Source: a virus
Reading direction: 5' to 3' (one strand)
IMG/VR virus record: IMGVR_UViG_3300027782_000040
Length of the DNA stretch: 64,000 nt
The notes under the pieces are model-generated. The model was given only the letters and a program-made list of their open reading frames with translations. It searched no databases and was not told where the DNA came from. Shown here piece by piece: positions 50,898 to 60,054 of the stretch (its first letter is position 1; every line of letters starts with the position of its first letter). Position numbers and translations under genes: made by a program.

Positions 50898-53230
50898 TGA
50901 ATCCGTTTATAAAAGTAACGTGGGAAGATGTCCCCGAAAATTTCACCCCTGAAAAAATCAGAAGAGTAAAATCTTATTTTGAGAAAAAATATAATGCTAA
51001 GACAGTTCAAGTAATCACTAAAACATTAACGAGTGTTAATCAAACACGATTAGAATCTTTGGAAGCGTCAGATAATATCTTAGACCACCAATATCAAAAG
51101 AAACTAATGAAAGATTTCATTAAGGATAATGAAATTGATATTAAATGGGAATTGGTTGATAGGTTAGATAATAAAGTTAATATTCAAATAGATAAATTAA
51201 ATGAAAACAAAGTTAGATATAATAAATGGTATATTAGGAAAGTGGAGTTTTCTAATTTTTTATCATTCGGAGATAATAACGTTATTGATTTTACTGGGTT
51301 GGACGGTATTACGGTAATTGAATCCACACCAAAGAACTTCGGCGGTAAATCTACATCTTCAGTAGATCTTTTAATGTTCTTATTTTTTAATACAACAACA
51401 AAGACAAAAACTAACGGTGAAATCTTTAATAGATTTACCGATAAGAATGATGTAAGTGTTCGTGGTGAAATCACTATTGATGGTGATGACTACGTCATTG
51501 AAAGAAAGACATCTCGTAAGATGGGTAAGTCTGGTGAGTACACCGTTAAAAATGAATTAGAGTTTTATAAAAAAACTGAAGATGGAGAAATCGTAAATTT
51601 ATCGGGTGAACAAAGAAGAGAAACGGAAGCATTTATATCTTCAGCAATTGGAACAGAAGAAGATTTCTTATCAACCATATTAACAACTGGTTATAATTTA
51701 GAAGAACTGATTGAATCCAAACCAACCGCTCGTGGACAAATCTTAACAAAGTTCATGGGGTTGGAAAACTTAAAAATTAAAGAAGAACTTGCAAAAGAAA
51801 TTTATAACGATTGGGGTAAGAAATTGGTATCCAACACATATAACAAAGTTAGTTTAGAATCTGATAATGAAACATACAAAGAAAGTATTACCAATTCAGA
51901 AAATGAGATTGTAAAATTAACAAAAGAATTAGGTAAGTTTGAAAAGGATTTAGACAAGTTAGAAAAGAAAAGAGATGATGTATTTTTAAAAAGAAATAAT
52001 GATGTTGATAAAGAATTACTGAATACAAATCCAACTTTATTACAAAGAGAAGTTACTTTTTTATTAACTCAAAAAAATGTAAGTCAAACAAACGCCGACG
52101 GAGTTAGTGTTGTTGAACCATCACAATTCTATGATGAAGATCAACACAAAGAGTTAAAAGGTGAAATGGCAAATCTTCAAGGAATTGATGTTGTATCCAA
52201 ATATGAAAAAACTCAAAGAGAAAAATTAATTAAACAATTTGAAGAAGGAACAGTTTGTCCTACTTGTAATCGTGCGTTAGATGAAGTAGATCATACGGAC
52301 GAGATTGAAAAGATTAAAAAAGAAATTGAAGATATCATTAAGGAGATGGAATTAAATCAAAATCAATTTGATTTATTAAAAGAACAATCTGAAGGATTTG
52401 ATAAATTAAAAACCGAATTTGAAGCTTACGAAAGAAACAAACTTCGTAAGGAAAGATATCAATTAGAGATTGAACAAAAACAATTGGAGATTGATAGTAA
52501 ACAAAAAAGATTAGATAATTACGAAAGTAATAAAAAGAAACTTGAGGATAACCAAAAGATTGATGCTGAAGTGATTGCACTTAAAACTAAAATAGAAACA
52601 GCAAACGGAGATATTAGACAGACAAACACTAACATTGAAAAACATACCAATAACATTTCAAATATGAATGGTAAGGTTGGTATCAATGAGGAGTTAATTA
52701 AAAAGATTACGGCGGAGGAAGAATTAGCTGCCGTGTTTAAAATATACTTAACCGTTTATGGTAAAAACGGAATATCTAAAATCATTCTTAAAAATATGAT
52801 TCCATTAATCAATCAGGAATTGTATCGTTTGTTAGTTGATAGTTGTCATTTCATTTTAGAGATGAATATAAACGATAAGAACGAGGTTGAATTTATTATG
52901 ATAGATACTGAAACTCGTATTGTTAAGCCTCTTAATGCGGGGTCTGGTTATGAAAGAACCATATCCTCATTGGCACTTCGTAGTGTATTAACTAAAATAT
53001 CATCATTACCTAAACCTAACATCGTAGTTATGGACGAGGTGTTTGGTAAGATTGCTGACGAGAACTTGGAAATGGTCGGTGAGTTCTTTAAAAAGATTAA
53101 AAATTATTTTGACCATATACTTGTCATATCACACAATTCTTTAATACGTAATTGGTCTGATAATATCGTTATGATTAAGAAAGAAGAAAATGTTTCATCC
53201 ATAGATTTTATCACAACAAAAATTTCTTAG
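50897..53230 (+). CDS. sbcC: Rad50/SbcC SMC-like ATPase with an N-terminal extension of about 108 aa
   Basis: FSNFLSFG, NFGGKST, CPTC zinc hook, GSGYE signature, VMDEVFG, ISH. Confidence 0.92.
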   Translation: MNPFIKVTWEDVPENFTPEKIRRVKSYFEKKYNAKTVQVITKTLTSVNQTRLESLEASDNILDHQYQKKLMKDFIKDNEIDIKWELVDRLDNKVNIQIDKLNENKVRYNKWYIRKVEFSNFLSFGDNNVIDFTGLDGITVIESTPKNFGGKSTSSVDLLMFLFFNTTTKTKTNGEIFNRFTDKNDVSVRGEITIDGDDYVIERKTSRKMGKSGEYTVKNELEFYKKTEDGEIVNLSGEQRRETEAFISSAIGTEEDFLSTILTTGYNLEELIESKPTARGQILTKFMGLENLKIKEELAKEIYNDWGKKLVSNTYNKVSLESDNETYKESITNSENEIVKLTKELGKFEKDLDKLEKKRDDVFLKRNNDVDKELLNTNPTLLQREVTFLLTQKNVSQTNADGVSVVEPSQFYDEDQHKELKGEMANLQGIDVVSKYEKTQREKLIKQFEEGTVCPTCNRALDEVDHTDEIEKIKKEIEDIIKEMELNQNQFDLLKEQSEGFDKLKTEFEAYERNKLRKERYQLEIEQKQLEIDSKQKRLDNYESNKKKLEDNQKIDAEVIALKTKIETANGDIRQTNTNIEKHTNNISNMNGKVGINEELIKKITAEEELAAVFKIYLTVYGKNGISKIILKNMIPLINQELYRLLVDSCHFILEMNINDKNEVEFIMIDTETRIVKPLNAGSGYERTISSLALRSVLTKISSLPKPNIVVMDEVFGKIADENLEMVGEFFKKIKNYFDHILVISHNSLIRNWSDNIVMIKKEENVSSIDFITTKIS

Positions 53231-53246
53231 TTTCAAATATCTTAAT

Positions 53247-53254
53247 TATATTTG
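53247..53254 (+). promoter_or_regulatory. Bacteroidota-type -7 promoter element TAnnTTTG
   Basis: TATATTTG ends 23 nt before the clpP start. Confidence 0.55.
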
Positions 53255-53277
53255 TCTTATAAACTAAATTTACTTTT

Positions 53278-53955
53278 ATGACACCAAAAGATTACCAACA
53301 ATTTGGACTTTACGCTAAAGACAAAGGGATAAGCTCCTTAGATTTACATTATCACAATCAAAAAATTCAAGATAGTTTAACTCCATATATTTTGGAGGAG
53401 AGACAAATGAATGTTACAATAATGGATGTGTTCTCAAGATTGATGATGGAACGTATCATTTGGGTTGCTGGTGGTGTAGATGACCATATGTCAACTATTT
53501 GTCAAGCACAATTAATGTTCTTGGATAGTTTAGATCATAATGACATTACAATGCACATCGATAGTCCAGGTGGAAGTGTAAAATCAGGTTTATCAATTGT
53601 GGATGTTATGGACTATATCACATCTGACATTAGAACCATCAATACAGGTATGGCGGCGTCAATGGGTTCGGTCCTATTAGGGGCAGGTACCAAAGGTAAA
53701 AGAGGGTCATTGAGGTTCTCTCAAACCATGTTACACCAATCATCAGGCGGTGCTGGTGGTAATATTCAAGATGCGAGAATTACTTTTCAAGAATGGGAAA
53801 AAGTAAACAATATCCTATTTGAATTATTAGGTGAATATTGTGGAAAAACCGCTGAACAGGTTAAAAACGACGCTTCAAGGGATTTGTGGTTAAATGCGGA
53901 AGATGCACTTACCTATGGAATTATTGATGAAATAGTAAAAAAGAAGAAAAAATAA
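53278..53955 (+). CDS. clpP: ATP-dependent Clp protease proteolytic subunit
   Basis: DVFSRLMMERII, HIDSPGGSV, GMAASMG, MLHQ, RDLWL...YGIID. Confidence 0.95.
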   Translation: MTPKDYQQFGLYAKDKGISSLDLHYHNQKIQDSLTPYILEERQMNVTIMDVFSRLMMERIIWVAGGVDDHMSTICQAQLMFLDSLDHNDITMHIDSPGGSVKSGLSIVDVMDYITSDIRTINTGMAASMGSVLLGAGTKGKRGSLRFSQTMLHQSSGGAGGNIQDARITFQEWEKVNNILFELLGEYCGKTAEQVKNDASRDLWLNAEDALTYGIIDEIVKKKKK

Positions 53956-53957
53956 TC

Positions 53958-53982
53958 AAAGGGGGATAAAACCCCCTTTCTT
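53958..53982 (+). terminator. Intrinsic terminator after clpP
   Basis: Stem aaaggggg/cccccttt. Confidence 0.75.
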
Positions 53983-54008
53983 CATATTTATAATAAAACA
54001 TAGAATAG

Positions 54009-54650
54009 ATGAAAAAATTATTAAACTTAAAAAACATTGCAATAGCATTATTAATTGTAATTGTAGTTTTCCAACAATGCGGTGGAAACAAAAAAGGAAC
54101 GGGCGAAATTGTGAAAATAGATGGTAAAAAATATGAACTTATTAAACATGAAATTGATACAGTTGAAGTGGTTAAGACAAAGGTAGTAACTAAAAAAGGT
54201 GAAGACATTTATCACGAAACAATTAAGGAAGTAACCATTCCTGCAATTGTAGATACTCAAGCTTTATTACACGATTATTTTGCAAAGAATATCTATAAAG
54301 ATACATTACAATTACCAGATAGTTTGGGAACCGTATCTTTAATTGATACCATCACTCAAAACAAAATTTTAGGTAGAACGTTTAATGCAAGTGTTAAACA
54401 AAGAACTATTAAAGAAACTACAATTGTAAAAGAATTACCAAAGACTAAAGTATTTTATGGTTTTGAAGGTGGTTTTAACAAAGTGGATGTGGTATCTCAT
54501 TTAGGATTTGGAGTTTTAATTAATACAAAACAAGATAAAATATTCCATTTAGGAATTGGTGCAGCAAATAGAGTAACAGACGGAACCAACGGTGTATTAG
54601 CACCTTATATTGGAGGTGGTGTGTATTGGAAATTGAAACTTAAAAAATAA
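54009..54650 (+). CDS. Exported/lipoprotein, candidate spanin-like
   Basis: Basic-hydrophobic signal ending FQQC; C-terminal Gly/aromatic amphipathic strands ending GGGVYWKLKL. Confidence 0.5.
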   Translation: MKKLLNLKNIAIALLIVIVVFQQCGGNKKGTGEIVKIDGKKYELIKHEIDTVEVVKTKVVTKKGEDIYHETIKEVTIPAIVDTQALLHDYFAKNIYKDTLQLPDSLGTVSLIDTITQNKILGRTFNASVKQRTIKETTIVKELPKTKVFYGFEGGFNKVDVVSHLGFGVLINTKQDKIFHLGIGAANRVTDGTNGVLAPYIGGGVYWKLKLKK

Positions 54651-54657
54651 CCCATAA

Positions 54658-55104
54658 ATGAATACATATGTATTATTTATTTTTGGTATGTTTGATGACC
54701 ACGAAGATGTTGAGTATTTTTGTACCGATGTTATAGGTGAAAGTAAAGTTATCAAATCAATTAGATTCATTATAGAAAATTCAGAGAATATAATAGTAAT
54801 ATTTGATTCTGAAATGGAACCAACAGAGGTTGACCAAGAATTATATACAATATTAATTGACGAACATATTAAATTTTATTTCTTATTCAAAAGAGAAGAT
54901 ATGGTCACGGCTCACTTACCCCAACAAATTAAAGATTTAATTTTTACCCCGACTATTGATAATACGATAATTAGGGTTGATTATGAAAAAAACAAAAAAA
55001 GGGAAACTTTAGATTTGGACAGATTACTTGAAAAAATAGAAGAATCTGGAATTGAGAGCCTTACAGTAGAAGAAAAAAACTTCCTTGACAATTTTGAAAA
55101 TTAA
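54658..55104 (+). CDS. Hypothetical protein with a C-terminal DUF6576-like motif
   Basis: LDRLLEKIEESGIESLTVEEKNFL. Confidence 0.65.
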   Translation: MNTYVLFIFGMFDDHEDVEYFCTDVIGESKVIKSIRFIIENSENIIVIFDSEMEPTEVDQELYTILIDEHIKFYFLFKREDMVTAHLPQQIKDLIFTPTIDNTIIRVDYEKNKKRETLDLDRLLEKIEESGIESLTVEEKNFLDNFEN

Positions 55105-55152
55105 GATATATTTCTTATCTTAGTACTATCCATCCACTTAAACTTACACCAC

Positions 55153-55968
55153 ATGAAAAAATCTATTTTAGTTAATCCAGACGAGATTCAATTGTACATT
55201 AAAGATTTACGAAAAATTCCTGTAATGTCACATCAAAGACAGGAAGAAGTTTTTGAATTATTAAACAATAAAAAAACTGATAAAGAAACAAAAGAAAAAC
55301 TTTATAATGAATTGGTTGTTGGTAATTTAAGATTTGTAATATCCGTAGCTAAAATGTTCCAAAATCAAGGAATGGATTTATTGGATATTATTTCAGAAGG
55401 CAATATTGGTTTGATAAAGGCAGCGGAAAGATTTGACCCGACGACTGGTTTGAAATTTATTTCATATGCGGTGTGGTGGGTCAGACAATCAATAATGGCA
55501 TCCTTAAATGAAAACTGTAGAACAATTCGTATACCATCAAATTTGGTACAGGATGCTCAAAAACAAAAGAAAGTTGAAATAAGTGAAGAAGATAATTTCT
55601 TTATAAATAATGTTGAAGATGAAACACCAATCGGTGTTAATCTCCCATACTGTATTGGTTTATATAAAGAAATCAACGAGGACGGAGACCAATTAATTGA
55701 TGTTATACCTAATAGAGAAGCGGAAAGCCCCGATGCAATTCTTAATTCACCAGAAGAAATAAAGAAAAAAGTTTCAGCAATGTTAAGTGTGTTGGATGAG
55801 AGAGAAAAGATAATTATTGAAAAATACTATGGGTTAACGGGTATAGAATCTAACTTGGAGGACTTAGGTGAGGAGTTTGGTTGTACTAAAGAACGTATAA
55901 GACAACTAAGAGATAAGGCCATTAAGAAGCTCAGAAACGAGAGTTTTGGTTTATTAAACTATTTATAA
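55153..55968 (+). CDS. Sigma70-family (RpoD/SigA-like) RNA polymerase sigma factor
   Basis: NLRFVISVAK, EGNIGLIKAAERFD, KFISYAVWWVRQSI; region 4 TKERIRQL. Confidence 0.95.
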   Translation: MKKSILVNPDEIQLYIKDLRKIPVMSHQRQEEVFELLNNKKTDKETKEKLYNELVVGNLRFVISVAKMFQNQGMDLLDIISEGNIGLIKAAERFDPTTGLKFISYAVWWVRQSIMASLNENCRTIRIPSNLVQDAQKQKKVEISEEDNFFINNVEDETPIGVNLPYCIGLYKEINEDGDQLIDVIPNREAESPDAILNSPEEIKKKVSAMLSVLDEREKIIIEKYYGLTGIESNLEDLGEEFGCTKERIRQLRDKAIKKLRNESFGLLNYL

Positions 55969-55980
55969 AAATATAACATT

Positions 55981-56274
55981 ATGAAAAAGTTAATTGAATT
56001 AATAAAAACATATAAACTACAGATACTGATTTTTTTAACAGTCATCTTCTTTTTTAAGTCTTGTAGTAACTCAAGTAAAGTGTCTAAATTAGAAAAAATT
56101 GAAAAACAAAACGTCTTTATGATTGATAGTCTTAAAACTGCACATAAAAATGAGAAAATTGCAATTCATGGTTTTTATGATAATTGGATCACACAAAAAG
56201 ACAGAGGACCACAATTAATGGAGCTACATCTAATCGTTAAGGAAAATCTAAAAAAAGAACAAGAATCTAAATGA
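55981..56274 (+). CDS. Putative lipoprotein / membrane-anchored protein
   Basis: Hydrophobic segment ending FFFKSC. Confidence 0.6.
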   Translation: MKKLIELIKTYKLQILIFLTVIFFFKSCSNSSKVSKLEKIEKQNVFMIDSLKTAHKNEKIAIHGFYDNWITQKDRGPQLMELHLIVKENLKKEQESK

Positions 56275-57350
56275 AACATTGGTTAAACCAAAATTTTAAA
56301 ACATTAATCATTGCGGCATTTTTGATTCCAATCATTACTGTGGCGATTGTTTCTATTTCACACGTAACAAAATGGTATGGTATATCCAATCCAATAAGTT
56401 GGGCAGTTTATTTATCAATTGGAATTGAGATTGCTGCATTATCGGCATTAGCGGCTATTTCTGCAAACATGGGTAAGAAAGTTTATTTTCCATTTGCGGT
56501 TGTAACATTAATTCAATTCATTGGTAACATATTTTTTGCGTATACATATATCGACATCAACGGACAATCATTTAAAGATTGGGTTGATTTGGTATCACCA
56601 TTAACAGAATTAATGGGAGTAGACCCAACTGACTTAGTAGGTAATAAAAGATTCTTAGCATTTTTTGCTGGAGGTATGTTACCAATCATTTCATTATCCT
56701 TTCTTCATATGTTAGTTAAATTTACTGAAGAAGATAGATTAAAAGAAGATGAGGAAACACCACCATCTAATCCTGAAGATTTAAAAAACTTTGTTGATGA
56801 AACCACAAGATTACATTTAACTGAAAACGATTTAATGAAGTTAGAAGAAACTTTATTAAATCCACCAAAACCAAATGACAATTTAAAATCTGCTGCCGAA
56901 TATTATAAAATGAAGACAGATATTGAACGTGAAAAACGTGGAGAACTATTAGCGGAGATGATGAAGAACGACCAAGAATTAGGTTTATATGACGATACAT
57001 CAGATTGGGATGTTACTTTAATGGATGGTTTAGAAGATGAAGAACCATTCTTTACTGAAGAAGAAACGGAGAAAATTTTACAAGAAGAACCAACTGAAGA
57101 AGAAATTCAAAGAAATTTTTCCACTATAGAACCTAAAACGGAGAATATTTTACAAGAAGAACCAACAACAACCGCAAATAATAAAATATTCACAACAATT
57201 GAACAACATAAAAAGAATGGTTATAAAGTAAGTCAAATTCCTGAAGATGACGAAAGAATGAACATTATAGGTCAGAATGGAAATGAAGGGTTACATTACG
57301 ACAATGAAGAAGATACATCATTAGAAAAAAATGATGAAAAAAAAAATTAA
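56271..57350 (+). CDS. Multi-pass membrane protein (about 4 TM) with an acidic tail, possibly extended by slippage to 57589
   Basis: Hydrophobic N-terminal 150 aa; ends GAA AAA AAA AAT TAA. Confidence 0.75.
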   Translation: MKHWLNQNFKTLIIAAFLIPIITVAIVSISHVTKWYGISNPISWAVYLSIGIEIAALSALAAISANMGKKVYFPFAVVTLIQFIGNIFFAYTYIDINGQSFKDWVDLVSPLTELMGVDPTDLVGNKRFLAFFAGGMLPIISLSFLHMLVKFTEEDRLKEDEETPPSNPEDLKNFVDETTRLHLTENDLMKLEETLLNPPKPNDNLKSAAEYYKMKTDIEREKRGELLAEMMKNDQELGLYDDTSDWDVTLMDGLEDEEPFFTEEETEKILQEEPTEEEIQRNFSTIEPKTENILQEEPTTTANNKIFTTIEQHKKNGYKVSQIPEDDERMNIIGQNGNEGLHYDNEEDTSLEKNDEKKN

Positions 57351-57551
57351 TAGACCCCCAAATTCCAATAACGGAAAAAAACGTCCTAACGTTAGAATCT
57401 CAAGATTCTGATAATTTATATTGGGAAAAAGATGATGTAAATCCAAACCAAGTACTATATGATTTGGAAAATAATAAGGTTATAATATCTAATGATGATA
57501 TAACCCTTAACTCACCACTAACTGATTTAGGCCCTAAATTCATTAAGAAAA

Positions 57552-58175
57552 ATGTTAGTAATACACGAAATAGAAAAAATAGATTATAATAGTTTAATTA
57601 TTAATAAAAGAAAATCTAAAAAAACTCAAATATTCCTATACGATACACAAAGAAGATTTGACGACTTTGTTAATAAAATTGAACATCGTAATAATGGTAA
57701 GTTTGATGACATCCCACATTTTATAGTTACAAAATTAGGTAGTATATATCAATTGTTTGACACTGACCATAGTTCTAATACGTTTAATGACTCACAGAAC
57801 GACAAGAGGATGATTAAAATAGCAATTGAGAACTTGGGTTGGTTGAATAAGAATACCATCACTGGTGTCCTTAATAATTGGATTGGAGACCCATATAGGT
57901 CAGAACCTCATATACGTAACTGGAGGAACTACTATTTTTGGGATAAGTATACTGAAATCCAAATGAATTCACTATCTGAACTATGTGATTCCCTATGTGA
58001 TAAACACGAAATACCAAAACAAACTGTACCGTCCCAAGGATATTTGGAAAACATATCTAATTTCAAGGGAATAGTATGTAAATCCAACTTTTCAAGTATT
58101 TATACAGATATAAACCCTTCTTTTAATTTTGGGGTCTTTTTTAATTATGCAAATGAAAATGAAAACAGATTATGA
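57552..58175 (+). CDS. N-acetylmuramoyl-L-alanine amidase (Amidase_2)-like protein, degenerate active site
   Basis: PHFIV...G.IYQL, IAIEN, YTEIQMNSL..L, TDINP; the Zn-ligand His positions appear substituted. Confidence 0.75.
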   Translation: MLVIHEIEKIDYNSLIINKRKSKKTQIFLYDTQRRFDDFVNKIEHRNNGKFDDIPHFIVTKLGSIYQLFDTDHSSNTFNDSQNDKRMIKIAIENLGWLNKNTITGVLNNWIGDPYRSEPHIRNWRNYYFWDKYTEIQMNSLSELCDSLCDKHEIPKQTVPSQGYLENISNFKGIVCKSNFSSIYTDINPSFNFGVFFNYANENENRL

Positions 58176-58674
58176 TGTAACCAAGAATATGTTAAAGACC
58201 ATTAGGTCTATAACAGAAACTAAAGTATTAAAACAATCAATTAATGAGGTGGCCGAATTTGAATCAACATTATCTGACAATACTGACCAAGAACAAAAAA
58301 ATGATGTTACAGTAATCAACAATGTTGATGTTAAGTTATTATCTACAGATCAAGCTGACATGACATTGAGTGAAACACAAAAAACTACAATTTCAGGTTT
58401 AATTGATAATTTCAAACAACAAGTTTCACAAATTGCAGAATTTGACCCAGGGATGACCATTAACCAAGACCAAATCAGATTGGATGGTTATTTACCAGAT
58501 GAAGATATTAACTTTGTTTTTATCGCTGGAACCGAAAGTGGTGTTTATATTAATGCTGATATGTTGAAACTTGAACAAAATGTTGCGACAGCGTTAGAAA
58601 AATTGGCGAAATTTGATGAAACATTCAAAACATCAATTGAACCATTAATAAATCAAAGAGATAATAACATATAA
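58147..58674 (+). CDS. Hypothetical protein (start uncertain, 58147-58159)
   Basis: ORF downstream of TATTTATA at 58097. Confidence 0.65.
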   Translation: MQMKMKTDYDVTKNMLKTIRSITETKVLKQSINEVAEFESTLSDNTDQEQKNDVTVINNVDVKLLSTDQADMTLSETQKTTISGLIDNFKQQVSQIAEFDPGMTINQDQIRLDGYLPDEDINFVFIAGTESGVYINADMLKLEQNVATALEKLAKFDETFKTSIEPLINQRDNNI

Positions 58675-58913
58675 TGGCATTAACAGACCAAGATAAAAAA
58701 GAAATAGAAAGAATCACCAAAAGGGAGATTAAAGATTTTATGGACTCAACCCAAGCCACAAGAATTGTTGTTAAAATGATTCAAGATGAGTTAGGAACCA
58801 AAAAAATAGATGATAAAATCGTTGACCTTTCAACTAAAGTGGTTGTTGAACTTTTCAAGACCTTATGGCAGAGAAAGGGATTCTGGGAAAGTGCATTAAA
58901 AAGTGTAAGATAA
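58674..58913 (+). CDS. Hypothetical protein (79 aa)
   Basis: TAATG-coupled on both sides. Confidence 0.75.
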   Translation: MALTDQDKKEIERITKREIKDFMDSTQATRIVVKMIQDELGTKKIDDKIVDLSTKVVVELFKTLWQRKGFWESALKSVR

Positions 58914-60052
58914 TGAAAATATTAAAAATTGGAAATTCTTTAATATTTGGTGTTGAACATTATAACATGAATGATGTTAAAAAAGTTTTCAATTACGTAA
59001 AAAAATATTATAAACCAGAAGATAGGGTAGTTTTTATGGGTGAAGGCGGGGATGACAATAATGTTTACGAAAAAGGTGGTGAACAAGAGGAAATAAAAAA
59101 TAAATTAGAAAACTATTTTACTAATTTTATAAATGATTCTTGGGACGGTAAAGAAACAAACGTATTAAATCCAAATTCTAACCTTTTCAAAGAAATAAGT
59201 TCAAGAACTGAACTATCACGTGACAAAACTATGGCTGCGGTTTATGTGATTATTGTGGGACAAACAAGAATACCGGAGGAAATGATTAGTTTATTAACAA
59301 AAGAGGGGGAAAATTGGATAAGAAGTTTTGATATAAAAAATCCTAAAAACCCAAGTAACGAAGATATGGATTTGATGTACGATTTATGTTTTCCTCAAGA
59401 TACTAATAATTCTGAAACTGAAATGTCAAAAATAACGGATATTTTCAATGAGGTAAGAGATGAGAATTTATTGAAAAAAATAAAAAACTATCATAAAAAT
59501 GGTTACACGGTAATAGCCACCGTAGGGGAAGGACATATAGATTTATTAAAAAATACAAAATTGAAGAAAGTGGAAGCTAAAGAAACTGATTGTGGTTCTT
59601 CTGGTTCATTCGAAGGACCTCTATTTGGTAAATCGGACGTTATTAAGAGACCTATCTCTAAAATCCCTAACATGGACCTCAAAGAGGAGGCCGAACTCAA
59701 AGAAGTGACCGCAGGTGACGCAGGACAGTATGATGTTCCTTTATTTGGTAAATCACCCAAAGGCCGTAGAAACCCATTAAAAATAGATGGACCTAAAAGT
59801 ATCTACAAAGGTAGATCGGTAACAGATAAGAACTTTCCTAAATGGGGAGGTCCTGATAGTGTTTTTGTAAAAGTAAAAGAGAAGTGTAAGAAATTCCCTT
59901 ATTGTGACCAAGGTAATACAGGAGCAATAGAATTCATACACGAAGACGATGAATTACAAGAATCTATTAAGGAAATATCAAAAAAATACGGAATTCTACA
60001 TAAAGATGTGGAAAATATCGTATTAAATGAGATTAACAAGATATTTATTTAA
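58913..60052 (+). CDS. Fusion of a TraB/PrgY-like domain and a probable virion domain
   Basis: IFGVEH, FMGEG, RDENL, TVGEGH; then KCKKFPYCDQG. Confidence 0.5.
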   Translation: MKILKIGNSLIFGVEHYNMNDVKKVFNYVKKYYKPEDRVVFMGEGGDDNNVYEKGGEQEEIKNKLENYFTNFINDSWDGKETNVLNPNSNLFKEISSRTELSRDKTMAAVYVIIVGQTRIPEEMISLLTKEGENWIRSFDIKNPKNPSNEDMDLMYDLCFPQDTNNSETEMSKITDIFNEVRDENLLKKIKNYHKNGYTVIATVGEGHIDLLKNTKLKKVEAKETDCGSSGSFEGPLFGKSDVIKRPISKIPNMDLKEEAELKEVTAGDAGQYDVPLFGKSPKGRRNPLKIDGPKSIYKGRSVTDKNFPKWGGPDSVFVKVKEKCKKFPYCDQGNTGAIEFIHEDDELQESIKEISKKYGILHKDVENIVLNEINKIFI

Positions 60053-60054
60053 TT

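Noticed and set aside
57331-57411. Short +1 frame ORF MMKKKINRPP... at the A-run
   Set aside because: Only 26 codons; the -1 frame explains the gap better.
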